In this document: piece by piece, positions 31,503 to 40,950 of the stretch
Layout: each line of letters begins with the position of its first letter
Position numbering within the stretch: the first letter of the stretch is position 1
Origin: Vicinamibacterales bacterium
Lineage (GTDB): Bacteria; Acidobacteriota; Vicinamibacteria; Vicinamibacterales; CAZQMT01
Assembly (NCBI GenBank): GCA_965197935.1
Contig: CBDAOD010000003.1
Location: forward strand, 919,171-983,170
Direction of reading: 5' to 3'
DNA length: 64,000 bases
Program-made: the position numbers and the translations under genes
The notes under the pieces: generated by a model
What the model was told of the DNA's origin: nothing
The model's input: only the letters and a program-made list of their open reading frames with translations
Databases searched by the model: none

Positions 31503-33791
31503 TCAGCTGCCCGGTCGTATCGACCTTGAGGACAGGTCGAGATGGCCATCGTCGTCGTAATCACCCCAGGCGGCGGTCCGGGTCACGTCGCTATCGGCAA
31601 TCCCGGTCTGCACGGCGACGTCCTCGAACGTGCCGCCGTCGTTCCGGTACATTCGGTTGGGCTGTTGGCCGAACCCGACGAACATGTCCAGGTCGCCGTC
31701 GTTGTCGAAATCGGCAATGGCGTTGGTCAGCGTGTTGCCGTCCGAAAAAGTCTCTTGCTGGGTGAGCGCGAACTGCGGCCGCGTCCGGGTCGCCGTTTCC
31801 GCCCGCTTGAAGTGCTCGGCGACCCAGTCCACCCAGCGCCGCCGCACGTCCCGGCGGTGCACGGGGTCGGGCGGGAAGTGACCACTCACCGGATACGCAA
31901 AGAACCGCGTCTCGACGCCGTTGTCCTTGAGAGCATGGTAGAGCTTGTAGGACTGGGTCACGGTCACCCGCTCGTCTCCCGTCGCGTGGAGGATCAGCGT
32001 AGGCGTACGGATCTCGTGGGCGTAGGCCATGGGCGACTGGCGCCAGTAGTTCATGGCGTTGCCATTGAGCCACGGCGATCCATCCAGTCCCTCGCCGGCC
32101 CAGACGTTCATGTCCGCCATGCTGTACCAGTCGAACCAGTCGGTCACCGAGGCGCCCGCCACGGCCACCGCCCACCCGGGGTAGTGGGAGGTGAGCCAGG
32201 CGGTCATGTAGCCGCCGTACGACCAGCCCGAGCCGGCGATCCGACGTTCGTCCACGATGCCAAGGGCTCGCACCGCCTCGACGCCCGACATCACGTCCCG
32301 TCCGGGCCCGTCGCCGGCATCGTTGACCACGGCGCGCTGGAACGCCTTCCCCTGCGTGCTGCTCCCCCGGTAATTCGGGCTGAACACGAGCCAGCCCTGG
32401 GCGGCCATGATCTGGTTGAAGGTGCTGAACGATTCGGTGGACGCGCCCATCGGACCGCCGTGGATGCTGAGGACGAGCGGGTAGCGCCGTCCCTCCTGCG
32501 CACCTGGTGGGTAGATGAGGACGCCGTTCTGGCCGAACCCGTCCGGGCCATCCCACGTGATCGTCTCCACGTCGCCGAGGTGCATCGAGGCAAGCGGATC
32601 GTTGAAGCCCGTGAGGCGACGGGGCGCCCACTCCCCGGCGGTCATCACGAAGAGCTCGGAGGGTCGATGGGGCTCCCGCCCGATGAATGCCACGGTTCCG
32701 CTCGACGCCACGACCGGGATGGAGGCCGGGTGAATACTTCCGAGATCGAGCCGGCGCACGGCTCCGTCCAGGGCGATGTGCCACATCGCGCGTGAGGTCA
32801 GGTCGGTACCGGTCACGAGCAGGGCTTGGTCGTCCAGCCAGGCTGCACCGCCGAGGCTCCGATCGATTCGTTCCGTGATGTCCTGGACGGCGCCGCCATC
32901 GATGGGCTTCAGCAAGATCCCCGTCGGGTTGAAGTAGGGCTCGGCGCCGCGCGGCTGGCTGAACGCCAGGTGCTCACCATCGGGCGAGAAGGCCGAGAGG
33001 GACACGGCGGGATCGGTTACGAGCGGGCGCTGCTCGCCCGACTCCAGGTCCAGCACTCGGATCGCGGAGCGAATGCTTTCGCCGGTGTGAGGGCGCGGCA
33101 GGACCTCGAGGGCCACCGTGTGGCCATCCGGCGACACGAGGATGTCGGCCAGGCTCTCCACGCCCTCGGTGAGCCGGCTGGCTCCCCCCTCCTTGGCCGA
33201 GACCCTCCACAGATGAACCGATGTCGGGGCCGCCTGGGTCAAGTAGCTGTTGTTGCCCACCTCGAACGATCGATTGTGACGCTCCTCGCCCTCGCGTTCC
33301 TCGGTTTCGTCTGGCGCGGTGTACAGGAGGTGCGATCCGTCTGGCGTCCATCGAAACACGCGCACGCCGTTCTTCGTGTCCGTGCGCTGCCGGGCTTCAC
33401 CGCCCACCATGGGCAGGACGAACAGCTGAGGTTCGCTCTCGTCCGTCCCCGAGTCCAGGAAGGCGATCCGGTCACCGGACGGCGACCAGCGGGGCTGTCG
33501 CACGGCTGGTCGATGAGGTGTCAGCTCTTTCTCCGCGCCGGTCGCCACATCCACGAGGATCAGCGTGCGATCGAACCGGTTGTCCTCGTAGTTGGGTCGG
33601 CTCGTGACGACCACCACAGACCGTCCGTCCGGCGAGATGACCGGATCCGACAGCCCAACCTCGAGGCGTAGGTCGTCGACGGTCAGCGTTCGGGTCTGAG
33701 CGGACAGCGCCGGCGCAAGTACGGCGCCGAGCGCCACGGTCACCGCGAGGAGGACGAACCTGGCGAGCCGATGATCTCTGGAGAATCTCAT
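31503..33791 (-). CDS. S9 peptidase with a C-terminal FG-GAP/VCBS segment that ends abruptly
   Basis: WSPSGD propeller, IHGGP, GWSYGG nucleophile, D/H triad region, then DFDNDGDLD and DYDDDGHLD repeats ending SSRSIRPGS*. Confidence 0.85.
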   Translation of the reverse strand: MRFSRDHRLARFVLLAVTVALGAVLAPALSAQTRTLTVDDLRLEVGLSDPVISPDGRSVVVVTSRPNYEDNRFDRTLILVDVATGAEKELTPHRPAVRQPRWSPSGDRIAFLDSGTDESEPQLFVLPMVGGEARQRTDTKNGVRVFRWTPDGSHLLYTAPDETEEREGEERHNRSFEVGNNSYLTQAAPTSVHLWRVSAKEGGASRLTEGVESLADILVSPDGHTVALEVLPRPHTGESIRSAIRVLDLESGEQRPLVTDPAVSLSAFSPDGEHLAFSQPRGAEPYFNPTGILLKPIDGGAVQDITERIDRSLGGAAWLDDQALLVTGTDLTSRAMWHIALDGAVRRLDLGSIHPASIPVVASSGTVAFIGREPHRPSELFVMTAGEWAPRRLTGFNDPLASMHLGDVETITWDGPDGFGQNGVLIYPPGAQEGRRYPLVLSIHGGPMGASTESFSTFNQIMAAQGWLVFSPNYRGSSTQGKAFQRAVVNDAGDGPGRDVMSGVEAVRALGIVDERRIAGSGWSYGGYMTAWLTSHYPGWAVAVAGASVTDWFDWYSMADMNVWAGEGLDGSPWLNGNAMNYWRQSPMAYAHEIRTPTLILHATGDERVTVTQSYKLYHALKDNGVETRFFAYPVSGHFPPDPVHRRDVRRRWVDWVAEHFKRAETATRTRPQFALTQQETFSDGNTLTNAIADFDNDGDLDMFVGFGQQPNRMYRNDGGTFEDVAVQTGIADSDVTRTAAWGDYDDDGHLDLSSRSIRPGS

Positions 33792-34210
33792 GGTGGCTGA
33801 CCCCATCCGAGGAAGCGCCGACCCGCCGGACGGTGGACCGCGGCGTCGACGATGACCCTCAGTCTGGCCACGCGCTTCGCCCACGTCAATGGTCTTCAAC
33901 GGATCCGATCGCCCGGGACAGGAGACCGTCGCACCCGCACGGATCCCGGCTGGCGACGGTCTCACGCCGTGGGCCGAATGCGCTCGAGAGCCGATCCGGG
34001 GTATACTATCGGTGTTTGTGCGCTGCACCTTGGATTTCCCGCTGGAAGCCTGAAGTGACGGCCGAGTCATTTCGGTTGTCGGTTAGCGTTCCCACCGCCT
34101 AGGTCCCACCGCTCAAATCCACGCGCCACTCCGGCGCCCGATTCAGTACGTTTACCGTCGGCCTGCTGCGCGGTTAGGGAAACGCTCCAGGCAATTCAGG
34201 AGCAGTGTCT

Positions 34211-35506
34211 ATGCCGTTCTCGACCCTCGGGCTCTCGCCCTCCCTCTGTACTCCGCTCGCGCGACGGGGCTATACACGACCCACGCCCGTGCAAACCGAG
34301 TCGATCCCCGTCGTCCTCAGCGGCAGCGACCTGCTGGCCCGTGCGCAGACGGGAACCGGCAAGACGGCCGCGTTCGGGTTGCCGATGATCGACCGCCTTC
34401 TCGTGCGCGGCCGGCGCCCGGCGCGGACGCGCAAGCCGCGGGGCCTCGTCCTCGTGCCGACGCGCGAGCTCGCGCTCCAGGTGCACAAGGCGCTCACGAC
34501 CTACGGCGCCCCCGTCAACCTGAGAGCCACCGCGGTCTTCGGCGGCGTGCCGATGCGGGCGCAGGTGCGGGCCCTCCAGCGCGGCACCGACATCGTCGTG
34601 GCGACGCCGGGCCGACTCATCGACCACATGCAGCAACGCACCATCGATCTGTCGGCCGTGGAGATCCTCACACTCGACGAAGCCGACCGAATGCTCGACA
34701 TGGGCTTCCTTCCGCCGCTGCGTCGCGTGGTCGGGACGCTTCCGCGCGACCGGCAGACGCTGCTGCTCTCGGCCACATTCTCGAAAGAGGTGGAGCGCCT
34801 CTCCAGCGGGTTCACACGCAAGCCGGTGCGCGTGGACGTCTCGGAGGAGCAGGTCGTGGCGCCAACGGTGACCCATCGCGTCCACCCGGTGGCGGACGGA
34901 CGCAAGGGCGACCTGCTCGCGCACGTGCTGATGCAGCCGCCGGTGGGGCAGGCGCTCGTGTTTTGTAGGACCAAGCGCGGATCGAATCGTGTGGGCGAGG
35001 CGCTCGACAGGGCCGGCGTGCGGGCAGCGGTCATTCACGGCAACAAGAGTCAGGGCGCGCGAAACCGGGCGCTCGGCGACTTCAAGGCCGGCCGCGTGTC
35101 CGTGCTCGTGGCGACCGATCTCGCCGCGCGCGGGCTCGACATCGCGCAGCTACCGCTCGTCGTCAACTATGACCTGCCGCTCGTGGCCGAGGACTACATC
35201 CACCGCGTGGGACGCACCGGTCGGGCTGGGCTCGCCGGCCGCGCTGTCTCGCTCGTGTCCTCGGCCGATCGGAGCCTGCTGCACGACATTCAGCGACTGC
35301 TCCCGTCGTTGCTCGAGCAGGTCGTGGTCGAAGGTTTCGAGGTGACCCAGTCCGCGCGAGCGGCGACGGTGGCGCCGGCGGGCCGGCACCCGCGGGGCTC
35401 GCACGGCCGCGGTTTCACGCCAGGCGCGCGTCGCGGTGCGCGCCCCGCATTCGGCGGAGCGGGGCGGTGCACGGCGAGGCCCGGGCGTCCGGGCTCGCGG
35501 TCGTAG
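34211..35506 (+). CDS. rhlE: DEAD-box RNA helicase (RhlE-like)
   Basis: AQTGTGKT, PTRELA, TPGRL, DEAD, SAT, ARGLD, HRVGRTGRAG; basic tail. Confidence 0.9.
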   Translation: MPFSTLGLSPSLCTPLARRGYTRPTPVQTESIPVVLSGSDLLARAQTGTGKTAAFGLPMIDRLLVRGRRPARTRKPRGLVLVPTRELALQVHKALTTYGAPVNLRATAVFGGVPMRAQVRALQRGTDIVVATPGRLIDHMQQRTIDLSAVEILTLDEADRMLDMGFLPPLRRVVGTLPRDRQTLLLSATFSKEVERLSSGFTRKPVRVDVSEEQVVAPTVTHRVHPVADGRKGDLLAHVLMQPPVGQALVFCRTKRGSNRVGEALDRAGVRAAVIHGNKSQGARNRALGDFKAGRVSVLVATDLAARGLDIAQLPLVVNYDLPLVAEDYIHRVGRTGRAGLAGRAVSLVSSADRSLLHDIQRLLPSLLEQVVVEGFEVTQSARAATVAPAGRHPRGSHGRGFTPGARRGARPAFGGAGRCTARPGRPGSRS

Positions 35507-35546
35507 GCCAGCTCGCGGTTCCCGCCGACACGACTGCCGATTCTGC

Positions 35547-35578
35547 TTGACTCCCGAGTCTCTTCCAGGGTTCATACT
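35547..35578 (+). promoter_or_regulatory. MerR-family-type promoter with long spacer
   Basis: TTGACT (35547-35552), 20-nt spacer CCCGAGTCTCTTCCAGGGTT, CATACT (35573-35578); weak dyad in the spacer. Confidence 0.55.
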
Positions 35579-35729
35579 GGTCTCAGCGCCGAGACCGGCA
35601 CACCTGGATGGGCACACCCGCCGAGGTGTCGGCGGCGCCGCCGGGCGACTGTCGTGGCCGTCGGGACTCTCGGTGAGCGATGGTCGCGATGCAGAGGCGC
35701 GACACGCGAACAATTGCGAGATCAGGAGC

Positions 35730-36146
35730 ATGTTCATCACTCGATCGGTGTGGGTGGGAGTCGTCGCACCCCTGGCGGCGGTCTTCACGTTCGTCGCAGT
35801 GGGCCGTAGTGAAGTGGACACGGCGAACGCGTCGCCGCAGGGGACCCCGGGGCACACCGTTGACGCCGGCGACGCGGGTGTCGCCGTGGAGACTCGAACC
35901 GTTGCGCTCCACATCGAAGGCATGACGTGAGGGGGGTGCCCCCTGGCCGTGCGCCAGGCTCTCCTGAATGTCGACGGCGTCGTCTCAGCAGAGGTATCGT
36001 TCGACGACAAGCGCGCCGAGGTCCGTTGCGACGCAGCGGTCGATGCTGCACTGCTGGTGCAAGCCGTCGAGGACGCCGGCTTTGAGGCTCGGGTCATCGA
36101 CACCGCCGACGACACGGCCAGCGGGGACCGCCGATCGTCCCGTTGA
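35730..36146 (+). CDS. Predicted selenoprotein: exported MerP-like HMA protein, motif GMT-U-GG-C (U67)
   Basis: AGGAG RBS and ATG 35730; hydrophobic N-terminus; LHIEGMT-TGA(35928-35930)-GGCPLAVRQALLNVDGVVSAEVSFDDKRAEV...LVQAVEDAGFEA, in frame to TGA 36146. Confidence 0.88.
35928..35964 (+). promoter_or_regulatory. SECIS-like hairpin
   Basis: Upper stem CCTGGC/GCCAGG (35942-35958) with loop CGTGC 17 nt after UGA; lower stem GGGGGG/CTCTCC. Confidence 0.65.
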
Positions 36147-36592
36147 GAGCGCCGGACGCCCGGGCGCAACAGACGCACAGGCACACCGCAAACGGTCGTC
36201 AGGAAGGGACGCTCTTGAACGACCCCTCCCCATGGGATCCGCGCGCTCTGAACGATCGTCTGCCGGGTGTCGCAAGCGCCGTCTCCGCCCTCCTCGCGGC
36301 CAGTTGCTGTCTCCTGCCGATCGCCTTGATCACCTTGGGGATCGCCGGGGCGGGCATCATGATGACGATGATGCGCTACGAGTGGCTGACACTTCCCCTC
36401 GGCGTGGGTGGCCTCGTGGGCGCCGCCGCCCTGTACGTCAGCAACCGTCGGCGGTGTGAAACGACCGGCTGCCGTTTTGTCGGACAGCGGTTCAACCAGG
36501 CGATGCTGGGGCTCGCTGCGCTGGTCGTGGCAGTGGCGCTATTGCTGAAGGTGTTCCCCGCGTGGACCGCGACGCTGCTACAGCAGCTCTGA
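36143..36592 (+). CDS. MerT-like heavy-metal transport membrane protein (start may be TTG 36215)
   Basis: Three TM helices, AASCCLLP in TM1, loop RRRCETTGC; same Cys layout as MerT. Confidence 0.8.
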   Translation: MRAPDARAQQTHRHTANGRQEGTLLNDPSPWDPRALNDRLPGVASAVSALLAASCCLLPIALITLGIAGAGIMMTMMRYEWLTLPLGVGGLVGAAALYVSNRRRCETTGCRFVGQRFNQAMLGLAALVVAVALLLKVFPAWTATLLQQL

Positions 36593-36604
36593 CGCGAGGG
36601 CGGC

Positions 36605-37453
36605 GTGCTGAGGCCTGACGAAGTCGCATGGATGGCTCTGGCCGCCGTCCTTTCGATGCCCCAGTCTTCGCCGGCCCAGATCGTGGCACCAGCCGGCCGA
36701 ACGCTGTTCAACCGATCGGTGATGCTTCGCAGTTTCGTGCGCGTCGATCACTTCATCGACACCGGACCGGGCGAAGAGACTCGTCGCCTCGTGAACCCGT
36801 ATGCGGTCGTGTGGGGCGTGTATCCCAACGTCAGCGTGACCCTGGTCACGCCCGTGGTCAGCCTGCGACGTCAGACCCCAGGCGGATCCGAGCGACCATC
36901 CCCGCTGACGAGCTTCGGCGATAGCAGCCTCCTGGCTCGCGTGGACGTGTGGCGCCGGCTCGTCCCGGGCGGGTACACGCGGCTCTCGCCGGAAGTCGGC
37001 GTCAAGATGCCCACCGGAGGAACGTTCGGCAGCGGATCGACCGACGCGATCGCCGGTTTGGTCCTGTCTCACGTGCGCGACCCGCATTGGTTGGTCGGTG
37101 ACGTTCAGTTCACCTACACCACGACCGGGGACGGTGACCTTCGCGCCGGCAATCGCTGGCGGTATGATTTCGCATATCTTCACCGTTTGCTCCCGCGAGA
37201 CGGATTGGGCATTCCGACCGTCTTGGCCGTCCTGGAGGTGAACGGTGAACACGGCCGGCACGCCCGCGCTGGCGATGTGCCGCTACCGAATAGCGGAGGC
37301 GATCTGGTGTTCCTCTCACCGGGTGTCGAGCTCATCACGTCGCGGCGGCTCGTCATCGAGTGCTCGGTGCCGATACCGATTCACCGCGATCTCAACGGAT
37401 CGCAGCTGGAACCGGCATGGAGCTTCATCGGGGGCGCGCGATGGCTGTTCTGA
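36605..37453 (+). CDS. Outer-membrane beta-barrel, transporter/MetA-pathway-like
   Basis: Signal peptide, GDSSLLARV, GVKMPTG..GSGSTD, NSGGDLVFLSPG, terminal RWLF. Confidence 0.7.
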   Translation: MLRPDEVAWMALAAVLSMPQSSPAQIVAPAGRTLFNRSVMLRSFVRVDHFIDTGPGEETRRLVNPYAVVWGVYPNVSVTLVTPVVSLRRQTPGGSERPSPLTSFGDSSLLARVDVWRRLVPGGYTRLSPEVGVKMPTGGTFGSGSTDAIAGLVLSHVRDPHWLVGDVQFTYTTTGDGDLRAGNRWRYDFAYLHRLLPRDGLGIPTVLAVLEVNGEHGRHARAGDVPLPNSGGDLVFLSPGVELITSRRLVIECSVPIPIHRDLNGSQLEPAWSFIGGARWLF

Positions 37454-38442
37454 GGTTCCAGGTGGTCGTTGTCTTGCTGGGAGGCTTCGTTGCATCTCTG
37501 ATGCTGGCCGACCACGGGCGGGCTGCCGGACCACCGTACGCCTCGGACGCGACGGACGGAGCCGCGTTGCCCCGGGCCGACCCGCACTACCGGACGGTGG
37601 GACGGTGGGGCGTGGCTGGCGAGCGCCCTGGTCAACTGAACGGTGTGCAGGGGATCGCGGTTGATTCGGCGGGCGAGGTGTACGTCGCAGACGCCGAGAA
37701 CTGCCGCATCCAGGTCTTCAGCCGCGAAGGGGAGTTTCGTCGATCGTGGGGCGAATGCGGGGAGGGCGAGGGCGAATTCATCAAACCAACCGACGTGGCG
37801 GTGGGGGTCGATGACGAGATCTTCGTCGTGGACTTCATGCTCGACCGGCTCCAGGTCTTCGACGGACAGGGAGCCTACCTGCGGGGGTGGGGTACCTCGG
37901 GCACCGGCCCGGGGGAGTTTTCGTCGCCGGTTGGAGTCGCAGCCGGTCGGGACAGGTCCGTCTATGTCGTCGAGTTCTACGGCCATACCATACAGAAGTT
38001 CTCCAGCGACGGGCTCTGGATGGCCACGTGGGGCGGCGAGGGACACGGTGAGGGACAGCTCTACTATCCGGCGAAGATTGGCCTGGGCCCGGACGGTGGT
38101 GTCTATGTGGCCGACGCACATAATGCCCGCATTCAACGGTTCGATCGCGAGGGCCGGTTCGTCGGTACCTGGGGTCAGGCTGGTACGTGGTACGGTCATC
38201 TCAACGATCCGGTAGACGTCGTCATCGCGCGCGACGGTTCGATGCATGTGGCCGACAGTGCGAATTTTCGTGTGCAGTGGCTGGCCGCCGATGGCAGCTA
38301 CATCGCGGAGTGGAAGTTGCCCGGAGAGACGGCCGGCCGGTTTCAGTCGCCGCAGGCGCTGGTGCAGGATGCGCAGGGCTATCTCTACGTGAGCGATACG
38401 GCTGGCAACCAGATCTACAAGCTGGAGGCGGTGCGACCATGA
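37441..38442 (+). CDS. Exported NHL-repeat six-bladed beta-propeller
   Basis: Repeated P..IAVD..G.VYVAD..N.RIQ.F units with WG..G.GPGEF linkers; start and stop overlap both neighbours. Confidence 0.92.
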   Translation: MAVLRFQVVVVLLGGFVASLMLADHGRAAGPPYASDATDGAALPRADPHYRTVGRWGVAGERPGQLNGVQGIAVDSAGEVYVADAENCRIQVFSREGEFRRSWGECGEGEGEFIKPTDVAVGVDDEIFVVDFMLDRLQVFDGQGAYLRGWGTSGTGPGEFSSPVGVAAGRDRSVYVVEFYGHTIQKFSSDGLWMATWGGEGHGEGQLYYPAKIGLGPDGGVYVADAHNARIQRFDREGRFVGTWGQAGTWYGHLNDPVDVVIARDGSMHVADSANFRVQWLAADGSYIAEWKLPGETAGRFQSPQALVQDAQGYLYVSDTAGNQIYKLEAVRP

Positions 38443-40205
38443 AGAGAGTGATCAGACATCTCGCGCGGGCGGGGCTCGCCAGCGTCACGACCGCGGTACT
38501 GCTACTCACGGCGGCTCCGGCAGTCGCCCAGGTGGATCAGGCATGGGTGCGCGTCGATGGTCTGACTTGACCGCTCTGAGCCTATGGGGTCGAGAAGGCC
38601 CTCCGACGCCTGGATGGCGTCGATCGTGTGACGGTGGATCTGAGAGCCGGTACGGCTGTCGTGCAGTCGGCGGAAGGGGAGGGGTTCGATCCGACCTCGA
38701 TCGCCACGGCGGTTCGAGACGCGGGATTCAGCGCCGAGCGGATCGATGTGACAGCCGTCGGCACCGTGGTGAATGAGGGTGGCGCCGCTCGACTGGAGAT
38801 GACCGCTCCATTGACGGCTCTCCGCCTGCGGGACGGAACAAAGACCGCACAGCTGAAGGAACGCCGCGGTCTTCTCCAGGGGCCGCTACGTCTCACGGGC
38901 CGGCTCGAGCCGGCCCGTGAGGGGCAGCCTGCGCTCCTGGCCCTCGAGACCTGGGAGCCGGTTGATGACGGGAGTGCGAGAAGGGATCGATCAGATCCGA
39001 GGTGGCAGGCGGAGGCTTCGCCACCCGCGATCGGCGAGCTGGAGATGCTCGCGTCGCCGGCTGGACCGAAGAGCGGGCAGCCGCAGCTCCACCGACCCCA
39101 GGAGGGCCGCGTCATCCTGAGCTGGCTCGAGCCCGGCGCGTCGGCCAAGACCCGGCTGCGTTTCGCGGAGCGTGACGGGAGCGGCTGGTCGGCTCCGCGG
39201 ACGGTAGTGGATGGCGAAGAGTTCTTCGTGAACTGGGCGGACGTCCCATCCGTGGTTCGGCTGGCCGACGGCCGCCTCGCGGCGCACTGGCTGAACAAGA
39301 GCGGACCGTCCACCTATGCCTACGATGTCCGACTGAGGATATCGGATGACGGCGGCGGGGTGTGGTCGTCCGCGCTCACGCCCCACCGTGACGGAACGCT
39401 GACCGAGCACGGCTTCGCGTCGCTGTTCGACTGGGCTCCAGGCGGCCTGGGCCTCGTGTGGCTCGACGGCCGGGAGATGAGCGCCGAGAGCGGGCCCGGG
39501 CGGGACGACAGAGGCTCGATAACCTTGCGGGCGACGACGCTATCGCCCGATCTCGAATTCGCCCCTGAGGTTCTCCTCGATGGCCGCGTCTGTGAGTGTT
39601 GTCCGACGGCGGCGGTGCAGACCGACCAGGGAGTGGTGGTCGCCTATCGTGATCGCAGCGACGAGGAAGTACGCGACATCGCTACGGTTCGGTATCACAA
39701 CGGGAGCTGGAGCGACCCCGTCATCGTTCATCGGGATGGCTGGCAGATTCGCGGATGTCCGGTGAACGGTCCGGCGCTGGCGAGCGACGGTCAGATCGTC
39801 GCTCTGGCCTGGTTCACGGCCGAGGCCGGCGACGGTCGGGTCCAGGTGGCGTTCTCCCAGGACGCAGGCGCCTCGTTCGGTCGGCCGATCCGCATCTCCA
39901 GCGACGTGGCGCTCGGGCGTGTCGACCTCACCTTGCTCCCGGACCGGTCGGCGCTCGTGACCTGGATCGGCTCCCGAGCCGGAACGTCGGAGTTCCTGCT
40001 CCGACGGGTGGCACGTTCGGGCGAGATGGGGGCTCCCCGGTCGATCGTGGCCATCGACTCGAGCCGCGCGAGCGGCGTGCCGCGCCTGGTGCGGTCGGGT
40101 GACGAGCTCGTATTCGCGTGGACCGAGACCGGGGCGGTCTCGCGCGTGCGCACGGCGGTGGCAGCGCTCGTCGAGACGAAAGTGTCCCCGACCCGGTCGC
40201 ACTAG
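38439..40205 (+). CDS. Predicted di-selenoprotein: signal peptide, HMA domain (GLT-U-PL-U; U44, U47) and BNR/sialidase-like propeller with CECC and GCPVNGP
   Basis: ATGA overlap with the NHL stop; VRVDGLT-TGA(38568)-PL-TGA(38577)-AYGVEKALRRLDGVDRVTVDL is in the same frame as track ORF 38628-40205; 588 codons. Confidence 0.85.
38568..38622 (+). promoter_or_regulatory. Two tandem SECIS-like hairpins after the UxxU codons
   Basis: GGGGTC-GAGAA-GGCCCT (38586-38602) and CGACGCC-TGGAT-GGCGTCG (38604-38622). Confidence 0.5.
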
Positions 40206-40223
40206 CAGCGCGTAGCGAACGTC
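40202..40223. mobile_element. Degenerate IS/MITE terminus starting at a CTAG that contains a stop codon
   Basis: CTAGCAGCGCGTAGCGAACGTC matches the reverse complement of 46228-46249 at 18/22 nt. Confidence 0.4.
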
Positions 40224-40289
40224 TGGCTGCAGCCGGCCGGCGCAGCAGCCCCCTCTGCCGCTTGAGCAGGCCCACGACAATCGAGCGGC

Positions 40290-40646
40290 TCAGCTTCTCG
40301 ATTGACCCAACGGTGGAGACGAGTAGGAATGCGACGCCGTCTCCACGTCATGCGGAACTGGCATCCAGTCGTGCACGAGCCGTGAGGCCGCCGACGAGAC
40401 CCAGCAGACCACCTGCCGCAGCACGGCAGACACCTCGGGTAGCTGGATGCGCACGGTGATGGTCTCGATAGACTCGGCAGGCGCCGTCTGCGCGACCTCG
40501 CCGAGACGATCCGCCTCGATACCTACCCTCAGGTGAGCCGGATTCCGGTCGCCCGCTACGGCGGCCGACGCGCCGACGACGCTCCAGATCGCAGTGATCA
40601 GGATCAGGGCACCGGCTCTGATGGTAGTGCTTCGCACTCGTGTCAT
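40290..40646 (-). CDS. Hypothetical exported protein
   Basis: AGAGGAG RBS, ATG 40646, signal-peptide-like N-terminus ending AAVA. Confidence 0.5.
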   Translation of the reverse strand: MTRVRSTTIRAGALILITAIWSVVGASAAVAGDRNPAHLRVGIEADRLGEVAQTAPAESIETITVRIQLPEVSAVLRQVVCWVSSAASRLVHDWMPVPHDVETASHSYSSPPLGQSRS

Positions 40647-40950
40647 ATCGTTTCTCCTCTTCCGGTATAGACGCAGGACCGCCCCCGGGGGTTCGATGAA
40701 TCGTACCAAGCGATGCCCCCGATCACCCATTGGGGCCGTATTGGGGTGATGCAAGCGGACACCCCTCACGAGATCGTCGAACGCAGCAGAGAGGGAGGGA
40801 CCGATGCGATCTGGACTGTCGCAGTAATTCGTGAACGCGAGCCCTGCGTGCGGGAGAGTCCCTCCACGTCCCGCCCGGGGTCGGCCAGTCTGGGGGACCG
40901 GTGAGCGCTCGCCGAGGGTCGGGGAGGGCCTGACGGTGGTTCCGGTCCGC

